A stretch of DNA of 64,000 nucleotides, taken from the NCBI RefSeq assembly GCF_006345805.1, contig NC_042998.1:158038001-158102000 (forward strand), given 5' to 3'. The DNA is from Octopus sinensis. Lineage: Eukaryota. The position numbers were made by a program, and so were the translations under genes. The notes under the pieces were generated by a model. It saw only the letters and a list, made by a program, of their open reading frames with translations. It did not search any database and was not told where the DNA came from. Shown one piece after another: positions 25,661 to 39,662 of the stretch (its first letter is position 1; each line of letters opens with the position of its first letter).

Positions 25661-26940
25661 AACTCGCATTATACATACTCTGCCTAACAGAAAAACACGA
25701 AATAATACCAGAAACAACAAGCAATTCCCGCAACGCAGTATTGCTGACTTAAACACAATTCTTCACTCCCAGAAGGAAATTATACTCACGCTTAGGAACA
25801 TTAAAGGCAACTTGTAATATAGTAACAACTAGATGAAAACTGTTGAAACACGATAATAAAACTAATAGTATTTATGAAAAACCAATAACATCATAAACAA
25901 AATCTGTATAATAGTAATTCATACAGAGAGGGAGATAAATTGCTCTAATAGAAATAAATTTCGAGTATTGAACAAAGTATTTGCAGTGTCTACTTACTAC
26001 GATATATGTTCAGAGATCAAATCCCACTGAGATCAGCTTTGCCTTTCATCTGTCGGAAGTCGATGAAATAAAGACTTCCAAAGTCAAGAACTGGGGTCGA
26101 TTTAATATTCATACAAACCATTTAAGATGTCTATCCCCAAGAAGTTACGTCTTTTCAAACGAACATAATATTTCTGCAAAAAATGGAGAAACTTTACAAA
26201 TACTAAAATTTCCTAAGGACGATACTCTTCCAAATCAAAAACTCGTCTCTAGTACTATACGCCAGCTCATCTCATTTCTGTAGCATTCTACCAGCTACAT
26301 CTTCAAAGCATTCCACATTTTCATTGTACATTTCCTTTCCAAAATTCATAATAGAATCAATTGCCTTCGCACTATCATGTAGCTTTTCCACCAAACTAAG
26401 CTTCAGACATCTCGCCCTTGGTTGCTTCTCTCACATAAACACCGACCGTTTTCTCTAACTTTTACTTCTAAATCCTGTAAACGCCTCACATTGCGCATAA
26501 ATTACAATACACCGTCATCCCAGAAGGACAGATTCTCGGACTTCAAATTCTTCTTTTATGTTGACACTCCACTACAACTGAACCGAGCTCTTTTACATTT
26601 TTCGCTTACGTCGAAATTGTCCTCACTAAATTGTTCTTGCTTATTTTGTGTTACGCACCACTCAAAAAAAGCAGGAGCAAACTAGATGCAAGCGACAAGA
26701 TGGGCTCTAGTAAGCATAATTCTTCGTTGAAGTCCAAATGTTTTCCATCTTATAGGACCCAACTTTAAACTGTACACTCATACAATGATGTTTCTATCTG
26801 GCACTTCATAAACCAAAGAGGATTTCAATATTTACATAAATTTTTTTCAGTAATTTCCACGATCCCTCACTGGAATTCACTTACACCATCTCTAATGGAT
26901 TCGTCAGTTTTTTTGGACATCACTCTCTCTCTCTCACGCC

Positions 26941-26988
<48 letters not shown>

Positions 26989-28702
26989 CACTCGCTTTAC
27001 ATTCTTCACATTCCTACATCGGTCAGCTACAAATCTCTGAGTTCCCACTCCAGTCTTTATTTTCAGTTTTCTTCCTCACATCTCATTCCCTCCAGATTCT
27101 GCACGCCATTTCAACTGTTCTCAAACTTTTTACGAACTTCTCCCATCAACGATCTTTCTTTCAATCTCTAGTTCTTCCCCTATTGTTCTCCGTACACACT
27201 ACTCTCACTACCTCTTACTGGAGTTTACTCCTCTTCTTCCTCGCTGTCTTCCCACCTACACGCATAATCCCTTTATTTTAATTGAATTTATATTCGCAAT
27301 TTTACGACCGTAGTGTCAATGTCTCTATATATTTTACTCTTTTTTACTCTCTCCCTCGCCCCTCTCTGTCTGTCACCATCTCTCTCTTTCACTTTTCTCT
27401 CTCTCACTTTGTCTCTCAATTGCTCTCTTTCTCTCCTCTCTCTCTCTCTCTCTGTGCAAAAAGGCAAAAATTGAGATGGCACCACGTGATATATCAACTT
27501 ACAGACTCTCTAATGGACTCTTTTTTAACTGACACATACTCCTGCGTTTGTTTATCCATAATATAAAGAACTGGAAATCAAAATGTCTACAATGTTGGTA
27601 CTGGAAACAGTAACAACCTCCATAAAAGCTTCGGTAATAGCGATAGCAAGAGATGCAAATGAAGTTATAACTAAAACGTCATTACTTACAAGAATATACA
27701 ACACACTGTAAATACGACTATTAGACACATTATATAAAATACTATCAATATATTAGAAACAGCAACATTAAACACTGCATAATACAAAACAAAATTAAAG
27801 ACTACATAACACTAAGATATACAAACCCGTGCTCAACTGTGCGGGGAAAGCACACAATAAAAATAAATAAGACGACGAAGTAAATGACTTTGTACCAAAA
27901 TTATATTAAAAGATCATTTGATCACTGGGACGATATATTACGGTAAATTGACTACTAATGTAATTAGCTACAACTGACCGCTTCATACTTTATTATTACA
28001 ATAAAAGCCATATGAACATCGGAAACCAGTTCGTATGTTACAAGAGGTAAGAGATACAACTATATAATTAAATATTTAATTCTCTTATTTACTTGAATGT
28101 ACTGATGTTATTCTTAGTACAGCAAATAAATAACAAACAAACTGCATTCATGACCTTAGCTTCCAAAACACTGTTCATTTTCTTACCACTCCGACCTTGA
28201 GGAGCTCAGACATGGCCACGCAGTTAATAAGTTCGATTTGTTAGTACGCGTCTCCAAGTTCTATCATAATGCAATACCTTTGGTTCGTGTAACCCGTGTT
28301 TCCCTGGTGTGTGTTTCTGTGTGTGTATGTGTGTATGTATGCATGTATGTATGTACCGGGTAGAGTGACAGCATAAGTGTGTTGGACAAGAACACAATAT
28401 GATATTGGTTCCGTCCAAGTTATGGTCCTTTACACTCCAACGAATTTGCCTTACGCCTTCGAAATAGGAATAAAATAACTATTAAACCATGAGTGATATA
28501 CTCGAATACAGGAATAAAGATACAGCTGCAGGTTGGGCACATCCAATGAATGGGATCCGGAAATAAATTGAATAAATAATACAAATTACAGATGGTTACA
28601 GATATTCTCTATAATGTCGTTCGATTAATTCCAATTATGTATGTGCAAGTGTATATAATTACTTGCAACTCTGAGAATGTTTTATATGTAACTGAATGTA
28701 AA

Positions 28703-29010
28703 TGCGTGTGGCATTGTGGTTAGGATATTTGAATCACGATCGTAAGGTAGCGAGTTAGATTCTCTGCAGCGCATTGTGTCCTTAAGAAAGACACTTTATC
28801 TCACGTTGCCTCATTCAGATGGCAAAAATGAGTAGTACCTGTATTTCAAAGGGCCAGCATTATCACATTGTGTCACGCTGAATCTCCCTGAGAATTACGT
28901 TAAGGGTATGCAGGTCTGTGCAGTGCTCAGCCACTTGCATGTTAATTTCACGTGCCGGATGTTCCATCGATCGAATCAACTGTAACACTCGTTGTAGCCA
29001 AAGGAATACC
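28703..29010 (+). mobile_element. tRNA-derived SINE, family 3 (decayed)
   Basis: Shares gtacctgtatttcaaagggcc...gtcacgctgaat...acgttaagggta...gtgctcagccactt with 37662-38036. Confidence 0.75.
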
Positions 29011-29023
29011 TGTTTAAATTGAA

Positions 29024-29067
<44 letters not shown>

Positions 29068-29339
29068 ATTGACTCTTGGAAGGATGAAAAGCAAAGTCGA
29101 CCTAGGTGGATGGTTTAACTAAGAACGTTAAACTGGAAGAAACGCCGCTAAGCATTTTGTCCGATGCATTAACAGTGCTTCCCGCTAGCTGCCATGATGA
29201 TGATGATGATGGCAATAATAATAAATGGGGAAGCAAAAAAACCCAAGAATATAGATGTATAACATGCCTTACAACAATGTACAATACCCTTATATTTCTT
29301 CTAATGTAATGTTCATGCGCTTTTCTCATCAGCAATGTC

Positions 29340-31010
29340 ATCCCTGATGAACAAAAAATATGTAAAGGTGGGGGTTAATGCAGATATTAACTGTTCAGTA
29401 AAAGAATGATTTTAGAAAACTGTCACAACAGGAAAAAGCATCTCTTAGTGGCCCCGATAAACTACAAAAGTGACTTTGATAGTCTTCCTCGCAGTTGGAT
29501 AAATGAATGCTTGGAGATGTTTAAGCTCTCACCAGTAATGAGAAAGTTTGTATCTCACATCATGAAGCTCTGAAAAACTACATTAATTTTCAACATTGGC
29601 ACGACAACTCTAAACACTGGACAACTCAATATTGATTGTGGAATCTCTCGAGGATACTCATTATCTCCTTTGTTATTCTGTTTCGCACGGTTTCCTCTCA
29701 GTAAACTCTTGAATGAAACAAATTATGGATACAGTGCCTATGAAAAAACAGTTTGTCATCCCTATAGGGATGACGTGTTCACAAAAATAAATTACCAGTA
29801 ACTGTAGGCATAGTCAAGTAATTAAGTGATAGCATCAAAATGAGATTTTGGTTTGACAAATGAGCCAAGGCAACATTTACTAAGGGAAAACTATCAAATA
29901 CATGTAACATCACCGTTGGTAGACACACCGAGATAGAAGAATTAGAACCTCAGGGTATCTAAAAGTATGTGAAGGAGATAGGATATATCTAACGAAAGAA
30001 AGTTAAGGAATAGGTGCTATTCTGAAAACTGAGTTGAACGCCAGAAACAAAATTGGGGTCATAAATAGTATTCACCTCTTTAATTACATACAGCTTCAAG
30101 ATTATAAACTGTTTTCTCTCTGAAATAAACAAAGTTGATGTCAGAATACGAAAACTGATGACCATGCACCATATGCATCACACAAAATTATACACAAACC
30201 AAACATACTTTCCGAGAAAAGAAGGCGGTCAGAGGTTAATACAGTCCTAACTTTCATTAAAAATTACAACCATGGGACTTTCTATCTACTTGCAACAAAC
30301 AAACTACTGGATGTTAAAACTGGTTCTGAAACATGAAGATACCTAAAAGTTGCACTCGTGACTAAAAACTCGAAAATATGCTTCCTAGAAATGCAACTAG
30401 ACGCGCCACTACCATAAGTAAATATGCCCCCAACAGACAAGGCACAACAAATGAAAACCGTAGCCAAACAATCCAACCTTCAAAATATTAAGAAGTAATT
30501 GGAGCAATATTCCCTGACTTGAATCAGGGACCATGATGTTCATCAAGCCCTTACACATCAATAGTGCTCATGCTCCGGTCTGAGACCGGAAGCTGAAGGG
30601 TATATCATTGCTGTTCGGGATCAGTCCTTTCCAACGAGGATTACCAGAGTAATGCCCTGAAATATGAAAATGAGTCATCATGCCGCTTATGCAGAGAGCT
30701 CTCAGAGACAATCGATCACATAATGACTTGATGCAGCAGACCAGCACCAACAGAATACTTGTAAAAACATGGCGGGACAGGGTAGCTCAGTACATACATT
30801 GCCGCATATACAGCCTCCCTCACAAAAACACTTGCTGGGAACACAAGCCACCACAAGTTGCCCTGAATGCCGAGATTACCATCCCTTCAGTTGCACAACC
30901 AAAACAAAATAATACACAAGCACAAGACACACTCTATACAGTAAATACCTAAAAGAAACATGTACTCTACAGGTAGGACAACCAGCACAAGAACTTAACT
31001 CGCAATACGC
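29340..31010 (+). mobile_element. Decayed R4/Dong-clade LINE (RT to RLE)
   Basis: RT motifs NYKSDFDSLPRSWINECLEMF and GISRGYSLSPLLFC, then RDRVAQYIHCRIYSLPHKNTCWEHKPP (RLE region). Followed by (TAA)n at ~31070-31105. Confidence 0.78.
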
Positions 31011-31069
31011 ACATAACACACCATGCAAACACTAACAAAAAGAGCACATGAGCAAATTCTCAAATGTCA

Positions 31070-31105
<36 letters not shown>

Positions 31106-31749
31106 CCTGCTACGAAAGGCGCGAGGCCTACAATGTGGTGGGAGGGGACGAGTCGATTACATCAACCGAAGAGTTTCACTGGTACTTAATTTATCGAACC
31201 GAAAGGGTGAAAAGCAAAGTTGAGCTCGGTGGAATTTGAAATCAGAGCGCAGCGACAAACGACATACTCGGTATGCTAAAGATTTCGGCCGGCATGCTAA
31301 CGATTCTGACAGCTTGACACCTTAATAATAATAATGATGATGATGATAATGATAATGCTTTCTAGTCGCTATATCAATACCAACAGATGACAATGTTTCT
31401 CTAAAAGAAACAGAGAAACTTTCAAAATACAAAGATTTGAAAACAGAGGTAACTCGAAGGTGGAGCCTAAAAACAGAAACAATTCCTATCATAGTAGGCA
31501 CATTAGGTATGATAAAAAGCATTCAGACAAATGCATAACAAAAACACCAGGACTTACTGTTACACATTCATATCTATGTGTATACGTGTGTAGAATACAT
31601 CCCCACTTTTGGTACTATTTGTTAGTGAACAGTACGAAATGTGTTTTAAAGTAATTATGTATCACTACGCCAAATGTGGACAGTTCGTGTAACATGAAGA
31701 GTAAATAAACACGTAAAACAATAACAATGGATTTCATATTGGTTGCTTT

Positions 31750-32912
31750 GTGAAATGTCGATACCATATAACAGTCGACCACAATATCAAACCAATTGTT
31801 CACCCACCTCGCCGCGTCCCTCTAGAAATAAAAGAGAAGCTGAAGACAGAGTTGGACAGAATGGAAAAAAAAGAAATAATCACCAAAGTGACACGACCAA
31901 CAGACTGGGTGAATTCAATTGTAATCAAAGAAAAATTCAATGGTGCCCTACGGATATGCCCCGACCCAGGCATTAAAAAGAGAGTACCATCTAAATTCAA
32001 CCCTTGAAGAAATCACACCATCATTGGCTGGATCCAAATTATTCAGCAAACTGGATGCCAGTAATGGGTACTGGAATGTAAAGATAGACAAAGAGTCATC
32101 CATGCTCAATACCTTCAACACACCATTTGGCAGATATCGATTCAACCGACTCCCATTTGGATTGAAGGTGAGCCAAGATGTTTTCCAGCGCCAAATAGAT
32201 GAGACCTACCAAGGCTGCAAGGGAGCAATTGGAATAGCAGTTGACATCCAAGGATGAGACCACACATGACTTCAATTTACATGAAGCTATGGAGAAAACC
32301 CGACAAGCCGGCATCAAACTCAATGCAGACAAGTGAGTAATAAAAGCAAAGAAGTGCAAATTCTTTGGAATTATATACTCTGCAGAGGGAGTTAAACCAG
32401 ACCCCGCTAAAGTGGAAGCCATCAGAGATATCAAAGAACCCAAAGACAAGAAGGAACTCAGGAGCTTCCTGGGACTCATTCACTACATGGGAGCCTTCAT
32501 ACTCAAGCTGGCCGATCACACTGCAAATCTCAGAGAACTAAACAAAGATGACGTAGAGTTTGATTGGTGTGCTTCACACACACAGGATTTCAAAACAATC
32601 AAAAAGCTCATCAGTAAGGAGACAACTCTGCAATACTATGACAGACGCAAACCAATAATACTCCAAGTCGATGCTTCTATGAGAGGAGTTGGCGCAGCAC
32701 TGATACAGGAAGGTAAACCCATTGCATATGCCTCGAAAGCTCTCTCATTCACAGAGACAAGGTACGCAAATATTGAAAGGGAACTCCTGGCAGTAGTATA
32801 TGGATGTGAAAAGATTACTGTTAAGGCTTCAAACATACAACTACGATATCAGGTACTAGCCAGGAAAGGACCTGATATTGGCGGATGCTCTTTCCAGACT
32901 ATCCTCACATGA
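31750..32912 (+). pseudogene. Gypsy reverse transcriptase / RNase H (frameshifted)
   Basis: PTDWVNSIV, FSKLDASNGYW, TFNTPFGRYRFNRLPFGL, LRSFLGLIHY, LQVDASMRGVGAALIQ and YANIERELLAVVYGCEK across broken frames. The catalytic ADD is degraded to AVD. Confidence 0.9.
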
Positions 32913-33762
32913 TAAACAGGAGATGGAAGGACTAAGCATAAAGGTCCACCACATTATAAATGTAACAACCTCAAAGCTATCAGAAATCAAAGAGGAGACC
33001 AGCAAAGATGAAGAACTCCAGCTCCTTACTCAGATGGTGATTCAGGGGTGGCCAGAAAAGAGACATCAGGTGCAGCCTCTCATTCGTGAATATTGGGCCA
33101 TCCATGATGATATATCAGTGGCGAATGGAATCCTGATGGCTGGATTCCGAATAATTATACCCAAGTCAATGCAAAAAGAGATTCTTGATAAAATCCACCA
33201 AGGGCATCTAGGAATGGAGAAATGCAAGCTCCGAGCCAAGTCAGCAGTATATTGGGTAGGCATGTACAAAGACATAGAAAAGACAGTTTCTACATGCCAC
33301 ATCTGTCAAAAGTACAGAAACTCACAACAAAAGGAGGAAATGATATCTAGTGACATCCCAAGAAGGCCATGGCAAACTATTGGTGTAGATCTGTTCACAG
33401 AGAGCCAAGAATGGTATTTGATAATGGCCTGCTACTACTCCAAATTTCCATTTGTGAGAAAAGTGAAAGATCTGAGAGCCAAAACAATCACTACAGTGGC
33501 TCGAGGACTTCTAGCAGAGCAAGGAATACCAGAGCAGATCATATGTGACAATGGAACCCACTTCACATCGCAAGAATTCAAAAAGCTAGCCGATGAGTAT
33601 GGGTTCAATATTACAACCTCATCTTCACACTACCCCAAAAGTCATGGGTTTATAGAAAGACAGGTGCAGACAGTGAAGAGAACACTAGTCAAATGCCAAG
33701 AGACTAAGGAAGACCCACACCTGGCACTTCTGTGCCTACGAGCGACACCACTGAGAGCATGA
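32878..33762 (+). pseudogene. Gypsy integrase (HHCC zinc finger + DDE core), 294-aa open segment
   Basis: IHQGHLG...CHIC zinc finger, followed by GVDLF, ICDNG and GFIERQV (D,D,E). Confidence 0.92.
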
Positions 33763-35108
33763 AATCCCCAGCAGAATTGCTGAATGGCAGGAAGTACAAA
33801 ACTACCCTGCCAACTAAGATCCAACCTCCTATTGACCAGGAAGAGACAGGGGCAAAGCTAGCAGCCACTCAAGAACAATCACAGAAATATTACAACACAC
33901 ATGCCACAATACTTACCTGAGATACTTGGAGGACAACATGTGCATACTCAAAATCCCATAACTAAAACATGGATTCCAGCACAGGTTGTCAGTAGAGCTG
34001 AAACTCCAAGATCATATATAATAGAAACGGAATCTGGTGGGCAGCTAAGACGCAACAGGGCCCACATCCGCCCAACACCAAAGCTGTCGAGGACAACGTG
34101 TACAACATCTGCTGCATCAGTGACAACACCCACAGAATCATCACCCCAACGGGCACCAACCACCTATCAGCAGCCCAACAACACAACTCAGACACCGGTG
34201 CGAAGCACAAGATCCACCAGATGGAGAAAGAACATTCTGCCACCGGTTCGTTACCGTTAAAGAAAAAAAAAGAAAATGAAAAGATTACAGCTAGTTTACA
34301 AAGCAGAGGCAGAATAATCTCACGATTTCTGCTGCAGGATTGCCACCTCGCGCTGACAATCCATTAGAGTAAGGGAGACTACTTATATTTGTCTTCACTG
34401 CTAAAAGACCCCTTTATTTTTTTCAAGAAGAAGGGATGTTATACATTCATATCTATGTGTATACGTGTGTAGAATACATCCCCACTTTTGGCACTATTTG
34501 TTAGTGAACAGTACGAAATGTGTTTTAAAGTAAATATGTATCACTACGCCGAATGTGGACAGTTCGTATAACATGAAAAGTAAATATACACGTAATACAA
34601 TAACAATGGCTTTCATATTGGTTGTCTATCCCATTAGAACGAAATAACACATAACACTTACAAGTATATATAACATACAAAAATAGCACTACTAGACACT
34701 GCACACATCCTACGTAAAACACTTTCAATACAATGAAAATAAAAGTACCTCAACAAAATACAGCCCATACCCAAGGCACATAGAGCTACGCTCGGTTGTG
34801 CAGTGAAAGCACATGATAAAAATAAGACTACTGAATAATAATAATAATGATGATGATGATGATGATAGTAATAATAATAATAATGATAATAATACAATAA
34901 TAATAAATATAATAATAATACAATAATAATAATGATAATAATAATAATAATAATAATAATATAATAATAATAATAATTAATAATGCTAATAAACCAAATA
35001 TATGACACCTTAGGCATAACACCAACACGAACTTCTAACTTGTTGTCTCTTGTGGTCTCTGGGTGAGACTTGGAGCCAACTTGTACAAATTCAAAGCAAA
35101 AGTCAAAC

Positions 35109-35149
<41 letters not shown>

Positions 35150-35157
<8 letters not shown>

Positions 35158-35850
35158 AAATGACAAACCATCGTGGAAAAGAACCCGAAATTCAATGAAA
35201 GTACTCTGAAGAGTTGGAGAGACAAAAAAAATCAGTTTAATTAAGCAGGGAAATATAGAGATCTGGATCGCAAATACAAAATCAAGAACAAAGGATGAGG
35301 TAAAATTTTGGAAGAATTAAAACAGAGACTGGTGGCTAAAGTAGGCAAAGTCAAGAAGTACAAACTACGAGTGAAAAAGTTCAGATAGAATATACTTTTC
35401 CATGTAGTTCAAAAGAAGCTACATCAAGTGTTAAACGGTGAAAACCAACATGAAGACAATCCCAAATGCAGAGGAAAGTAAGAGATTTTAGAGCGAATTA
35501 TGAAGTAGAAGAAAGGCACATAAATCAGATGCATAATGGCTTAATGAATTGAAAACAAAAGTCAACAAGTAAGATCCAAGACAAAGTTAATATCACGGAA
35601 GGGATGGTCAAGATGCAGTGCCGAAAAATTCCTAATTGTAAACAATTTCTGCCTTTGTTTCTTCTAATTATTTGGATATTATTCACAGGAATTTCGTTTG
35701 AAAGCATGTATTTCTTCTTGGAAAATGAAACATCCTTCCAGAAAAATAAAAGGTTGCAAACAAAGAAGTGAAGATACGAAGAATTAATACTTGATTAATA
35801 AAGCCATTCTCAAAGATTGGAAAAGAAGACATACCATCCTTTTATTGAAG
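35150..35850 (+). mobile_element. Decayed R4-clade LINE fragment (pre-RT/early RT region)
   Basis: LEELKQRLVAKVGKVKKYK, KMQCRKIPN and KAILKDWKRRHT remnants, preceded by (TAA)n. Confidence 0.65.
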
Positions 35851-37661
35851 GATTCTCAACTAAAATAAATTATAAGGCATATCACTACTTTACTATGGAT
35901 GTTTTAGCCAATGCTAGAATTTAAAATAGAAATAAAAAGAGAAACGTTACCTACCTTCATTCTCTATCTTTCGTACAGGAAAACCTTTGGTCCAACAATA
36001 TTCGTTGGGAATTCTGAGGACAACTGTACCTCACATATACAAGTAGATCCCCACACTTATAATGTAAAAGGTTCCTGTTCTGTTACACGAAACCTATCTA
36101 CTATAGTAGCAGAATCAAACACATAGTAAATAAGAGCAATAGAGGGCTACTATTAAATTCAGGTTTGGGAATTTAATGATGAATAAAAGTAATTGAGAAT
36201 ACTTAGGTCCAAGCATGAAGTGCCACGAAATGTGATCAAGATTTTCTAAGAAATGTAAATAAATGCCCTATGATAGAAAATTGTTTCTGTTGTAATAGTT
36301 TCATCACCTCTGTTGTAATAGTTTCGTCGCCTGTTATAACAATGTTAGTATTAATATAGTCGATTGAAGAAATGTTATATCCTAGGAATATGAATCAAGA
36401 ACAAGATTCGAGATTATTATTTAATAATTTAGTGAATCCTGCCCAATACAATAGGAATAACTTCAGTGAACCTGATAGCTGTCTGTTAAATAGAAACTTA
36501 GCGTGCTAAAATATTGCTTTCAAATGAACATTAAGAACACAAAATGCATCTGATTATACCTAGCGTCTACAACAAATATCTAAAAAAGTAACGTAGTCTA
36601 AACATCGTCACTCATTATCTAACCCTAAGCTAATACACCCAGTCTCTCTTGGAGAACATGCATTTCATTTAAAATCTAAAGACCGAGAATATATTTTGGA
36701 ATGGAGATTTATGAAATTAGTCTAATCATAACAAGGAGATGGGGAAGACTGTCATTGCGATGTACACATGAAACACTTGAGATTTTAATGGCTGATAGAA
36801 ATTTGCTGAAAAAAGAACACTACAAAGAACAAAACTGTAATTCAATTCAAATTTAAGTACTTTTAATTATTCGCAAAACAGTTATTACCATAATAATGTT
36901 TCATGTCTATATGAATTTATATTACATTATACGTGTAACCATTTAGACAGAAATATACAGGTGTACATGAAATTGTCTGAATCAACTTATAATTATTAAT
37001 AACATTATTAATAATTATTATATTAATAATATAAAATTGAATTGGCATTTACAAGCAGTAACCCCCTACCGATGATTTCATTCAACTTATTAGTCGTTGA
37101 TTGATTTTCTTGTTCATTCTGATCCATCTTACTGCATTATCTTATACCAAATATATTACATTACTCTTCCAGATATTTCTCTCTGCAAAGTCGATTTCAA
37201 GTGCTTATGTCATAGATAACATTAATAGTATTAAGTAACATTTACACGCAAAAAAATTCCATATTTTTTATTCTATATTTTACTAGACTGCCATGATTTA
37301 ATCCATTGTTCTAGCTTAATCAATTATCCTAATATGTGATTCATTTTGAATTAGATGTTAGCTAAATAAGATTATCATAATTATTCATCAGAACTTTAAT
37401 ATTCTCTACTTTGGTGCGTTTATATTGTAGTATTTCATTTGATTATTTTCTCTTGTTATTTTATGCTTTTATGTCTATAGCATGTGCAACATAGCTATTG
37501 CCCTTATAACATATAATTAATTTATACTGTTCAGTTTCTCAATATTCTTCGTATTACTTCATAGTACTATATACATATAACCGAAAATGAGCATAAAATG
37601 TATGTACAAGTAAGGAGTGTGTGTGTGTCTATGTGTGTGTGTGTATAGATATATTTGTGGA

Positions 37662-38036
37662 GGCGCAATGGCCCAGTGGTTAGGGCAGCGGATTCGCGGT
37701 CATAGGATTGCGGTTTCGATTCCCAGACCGGGCGTTGTGAGTGTTAATTGAGCGAAAACACCTAAAGCTCCACGAGGCTCCGGCAGGAGATGGTGGTGAT
37801 CCCTGCTGTACTCTTTCACCACAACTTTCTCTCACTCTTACTTCCTGTTTCTGTTGTACCTGTATTTCAAAGGGCCGGCTTTGTCACTCTCTGTGTCACG
37901 CTGAATATCCCCGAGAACTACGTTAAGGGTACACGTGTCTGTGGAGTGCTCAGCCACTTACACGTTAATTTCACGAGCAGGCTGTTCCGTTGATTCGGAT
38001 CAACCGGAACCCTCGTCGTCGTAACCGACGGAGTGC
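37662..38036 (+). mobile_element. tRNA-derived SINE, family 3 (near full length)
   Basis: tRNA-like head GGCGCAATGGCCCAGTGGTTAGGGCAGCGG...GGTTTCGATTCCC with Pol III A/B boxes, followed by a non-tRNA body. Confidence 0.85.
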
Positions 38037-38130
38037 TTCCATCCATAGATATATTTGTGTGTGTGTATGTCTATGTAGATACCGTTTTATTGTCTACGCA
38101 TTTAAGTGTATTTATATATTGTTATCTTTT

Positions 38131-38516
38131 ACTAGCAGTATCGCCCGGCGTTGCTCAGGTTTGTAAGGGAAATAACTATAAAGCATTTTTAGAGAGTTAT
38201 AGCCAAAAAATAGCAAAAAAATGGAAAAAAAATGATGGTAAATTTTTTTTGAGAGTTAAAAAAGGTGGAGTTGCGTCCCCTAGACGGTCTGTGGTTTGGG
38301 TTTCTGATTCTCGACCCCATGTCGAATTTATCGATTTTTTTCAGAACTGGGGGAACTTTTCAAAATTTTCGCTGCGTTAGTTTTGAATTATGACATTGGG
38401 CTATGTGTGTGTCAAGTTTCATCAGAATCGGTTGAAAGCCGTGGTCAGAGTGAGGGTACGAGAAAACAGACACACAGAAAACGCACAGACAAACTGCCGT
38501 TTATATAGAGAGAGAT
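38131..38516 (+). mobile_element. Non-autonomous Helitron/Helentron-like element
   Basis: Starts ACTAGCAGTATCGCCCGGCGTTGCTC, contains aagtttcatcagaatcggttg and ends cagacaaactgccgtttatatagagagagat, which are typical HINE-like termini. Confidence 0.6.
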
Positions 38517-39400
38517 ATCGTCTACTTGTTTCAGTCATTAGACTGCAGCTACACTGGGGCACCGCTTTGAAGGGCTTTAGTCGAATGAATTGACCCTAGT
38601 ACTGTCTTCTTAAACCTGGTACTTATTCTATCGTTCCGTTTTGATGAACAGCTACGTTACGCAAACATAGCGACAGCGGTTGACAAGCAGTGGTGGTGGA
38701 GGCAAACACAAACACAAAGACACACATAGCCACATGCACGCTGACACACACACTTACACTCATACACACACACACACGCACACACGCACACACACACACA
38801 TATATATATATATAACACGCACACGACAGGCTTCTTACAATTTCCGTTTTCCAAATCCACTCACAAAGCTTTGACCGGCCGAGGTTAAGTAGAAGATACT
38901 TACCCAAGGAGTGGAACTTAACCTGGAACCATGCGACGGGGCAGCAAGCTTCTTACCACACAGCTACGCCTTCTTTTCTGTATGCATATGTATAATATAC
39001 AGGTGAATGTTTAAGTATACGTATGCATATGCTCTTATATGGTTCTGAGTTCAGTCTTACTGCGTGGCACATTTGGCAACTGTTTTCTACTATAGCATCG
39101 GGCCGAGCAAAACATTCTGGGTCGATTTGCTAGACAGAAACTAAAAGAAGCTCATCGTATATGTGTGTGTGTGTCTATGTGTATGATTAGTGGTGTTCCT
39201 GTGTGTCAGTGTTTGTTCCCCGCCATCGCTTGACAACCGGTGCTGGTGTGTTTATGTTCCCGTAACTTAGCAAAAGGGACCGACAGAATAAGTACTAGGC
39301 TTACAAAGAATATGTTCTAGGGTTTATTTGTTCGACTAAAACCCTCCAAGGCGGCGCACCAATATAGCCGCAGTCAAATGACTGATACAAATAAAAGAAT
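38512..39400. mobile_element. Head-to-head pair of family-2 SINEs (38512-38970 minus; ~39030-39400 plus)
   Basis: Both match 24341-24735, in opposite orientations. Confidence 0.75.
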
Positions 39401-39627
39401 ATATATATGTATATATAATACTAAAAGTGTGTGATTGCTTGCGTGCTTGTCTGCAATTAAATGCAGCCAAGCTGGCGCATAATGGGGAAATATTCTGAAC
39501 GTATGGTGCCTCTAAAATGGGAATATAAACGGGATAAGACGAGTTTCGCGAAAATGGGACCACGGGTTCCCGGATAGTTATATATGTATATATATGTGTG
39601 TGTGCGTGTGTATGTTTGTATATATAT

Positions 39628-39662
<35 letters not shown>

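Larger units (their letters stand above)
31558..34656 (+). mobile_element. Ty3/Gypsy LTR retrotransposon, internally deleted and decayed
   Basis: 5' LTR remnant 31558-31745 and 3' LTR 34437-34656 (TGTTAT...ATAACA). PPT AAGAAGAAGGGA at 34425-34436; TSD CTTAC at 31553-31557 and 34657-34661; pol order RT-RH-INT. Confidence 0.95.
31354..34833 (+). mobile_element. R4/Dong-clade LINE 3' fragment split by the Gypsy insertion (31354-31557 and 34657-34833)
   Basis: Both halves align collinearly with the 3431-4068 copy (…ccaggacttac | aagtatatataacatacaaaaatagcactactag…gactactg). The fragment ends in (TAA)n. Confidence 0.85.

Noticed and set aside
35955-36055. Minus-strand segment with acceptor- and donor-like ends (ttttacattataAG ... 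AG|GTAGGT); also a + strand acceptor at ~35978
   Set aside because: All three minus-strand frames contain stops. The + strand phase-2 reading (KTFGPTIFVG...) has no ABHD8 similarity and there is no supporting evidence.
37662-37735. tRNA-like cloverleaf head
   Set aside because: Continues into a SINE body shared with 28703-29010; it is a SINE head, not a tRNA gene.
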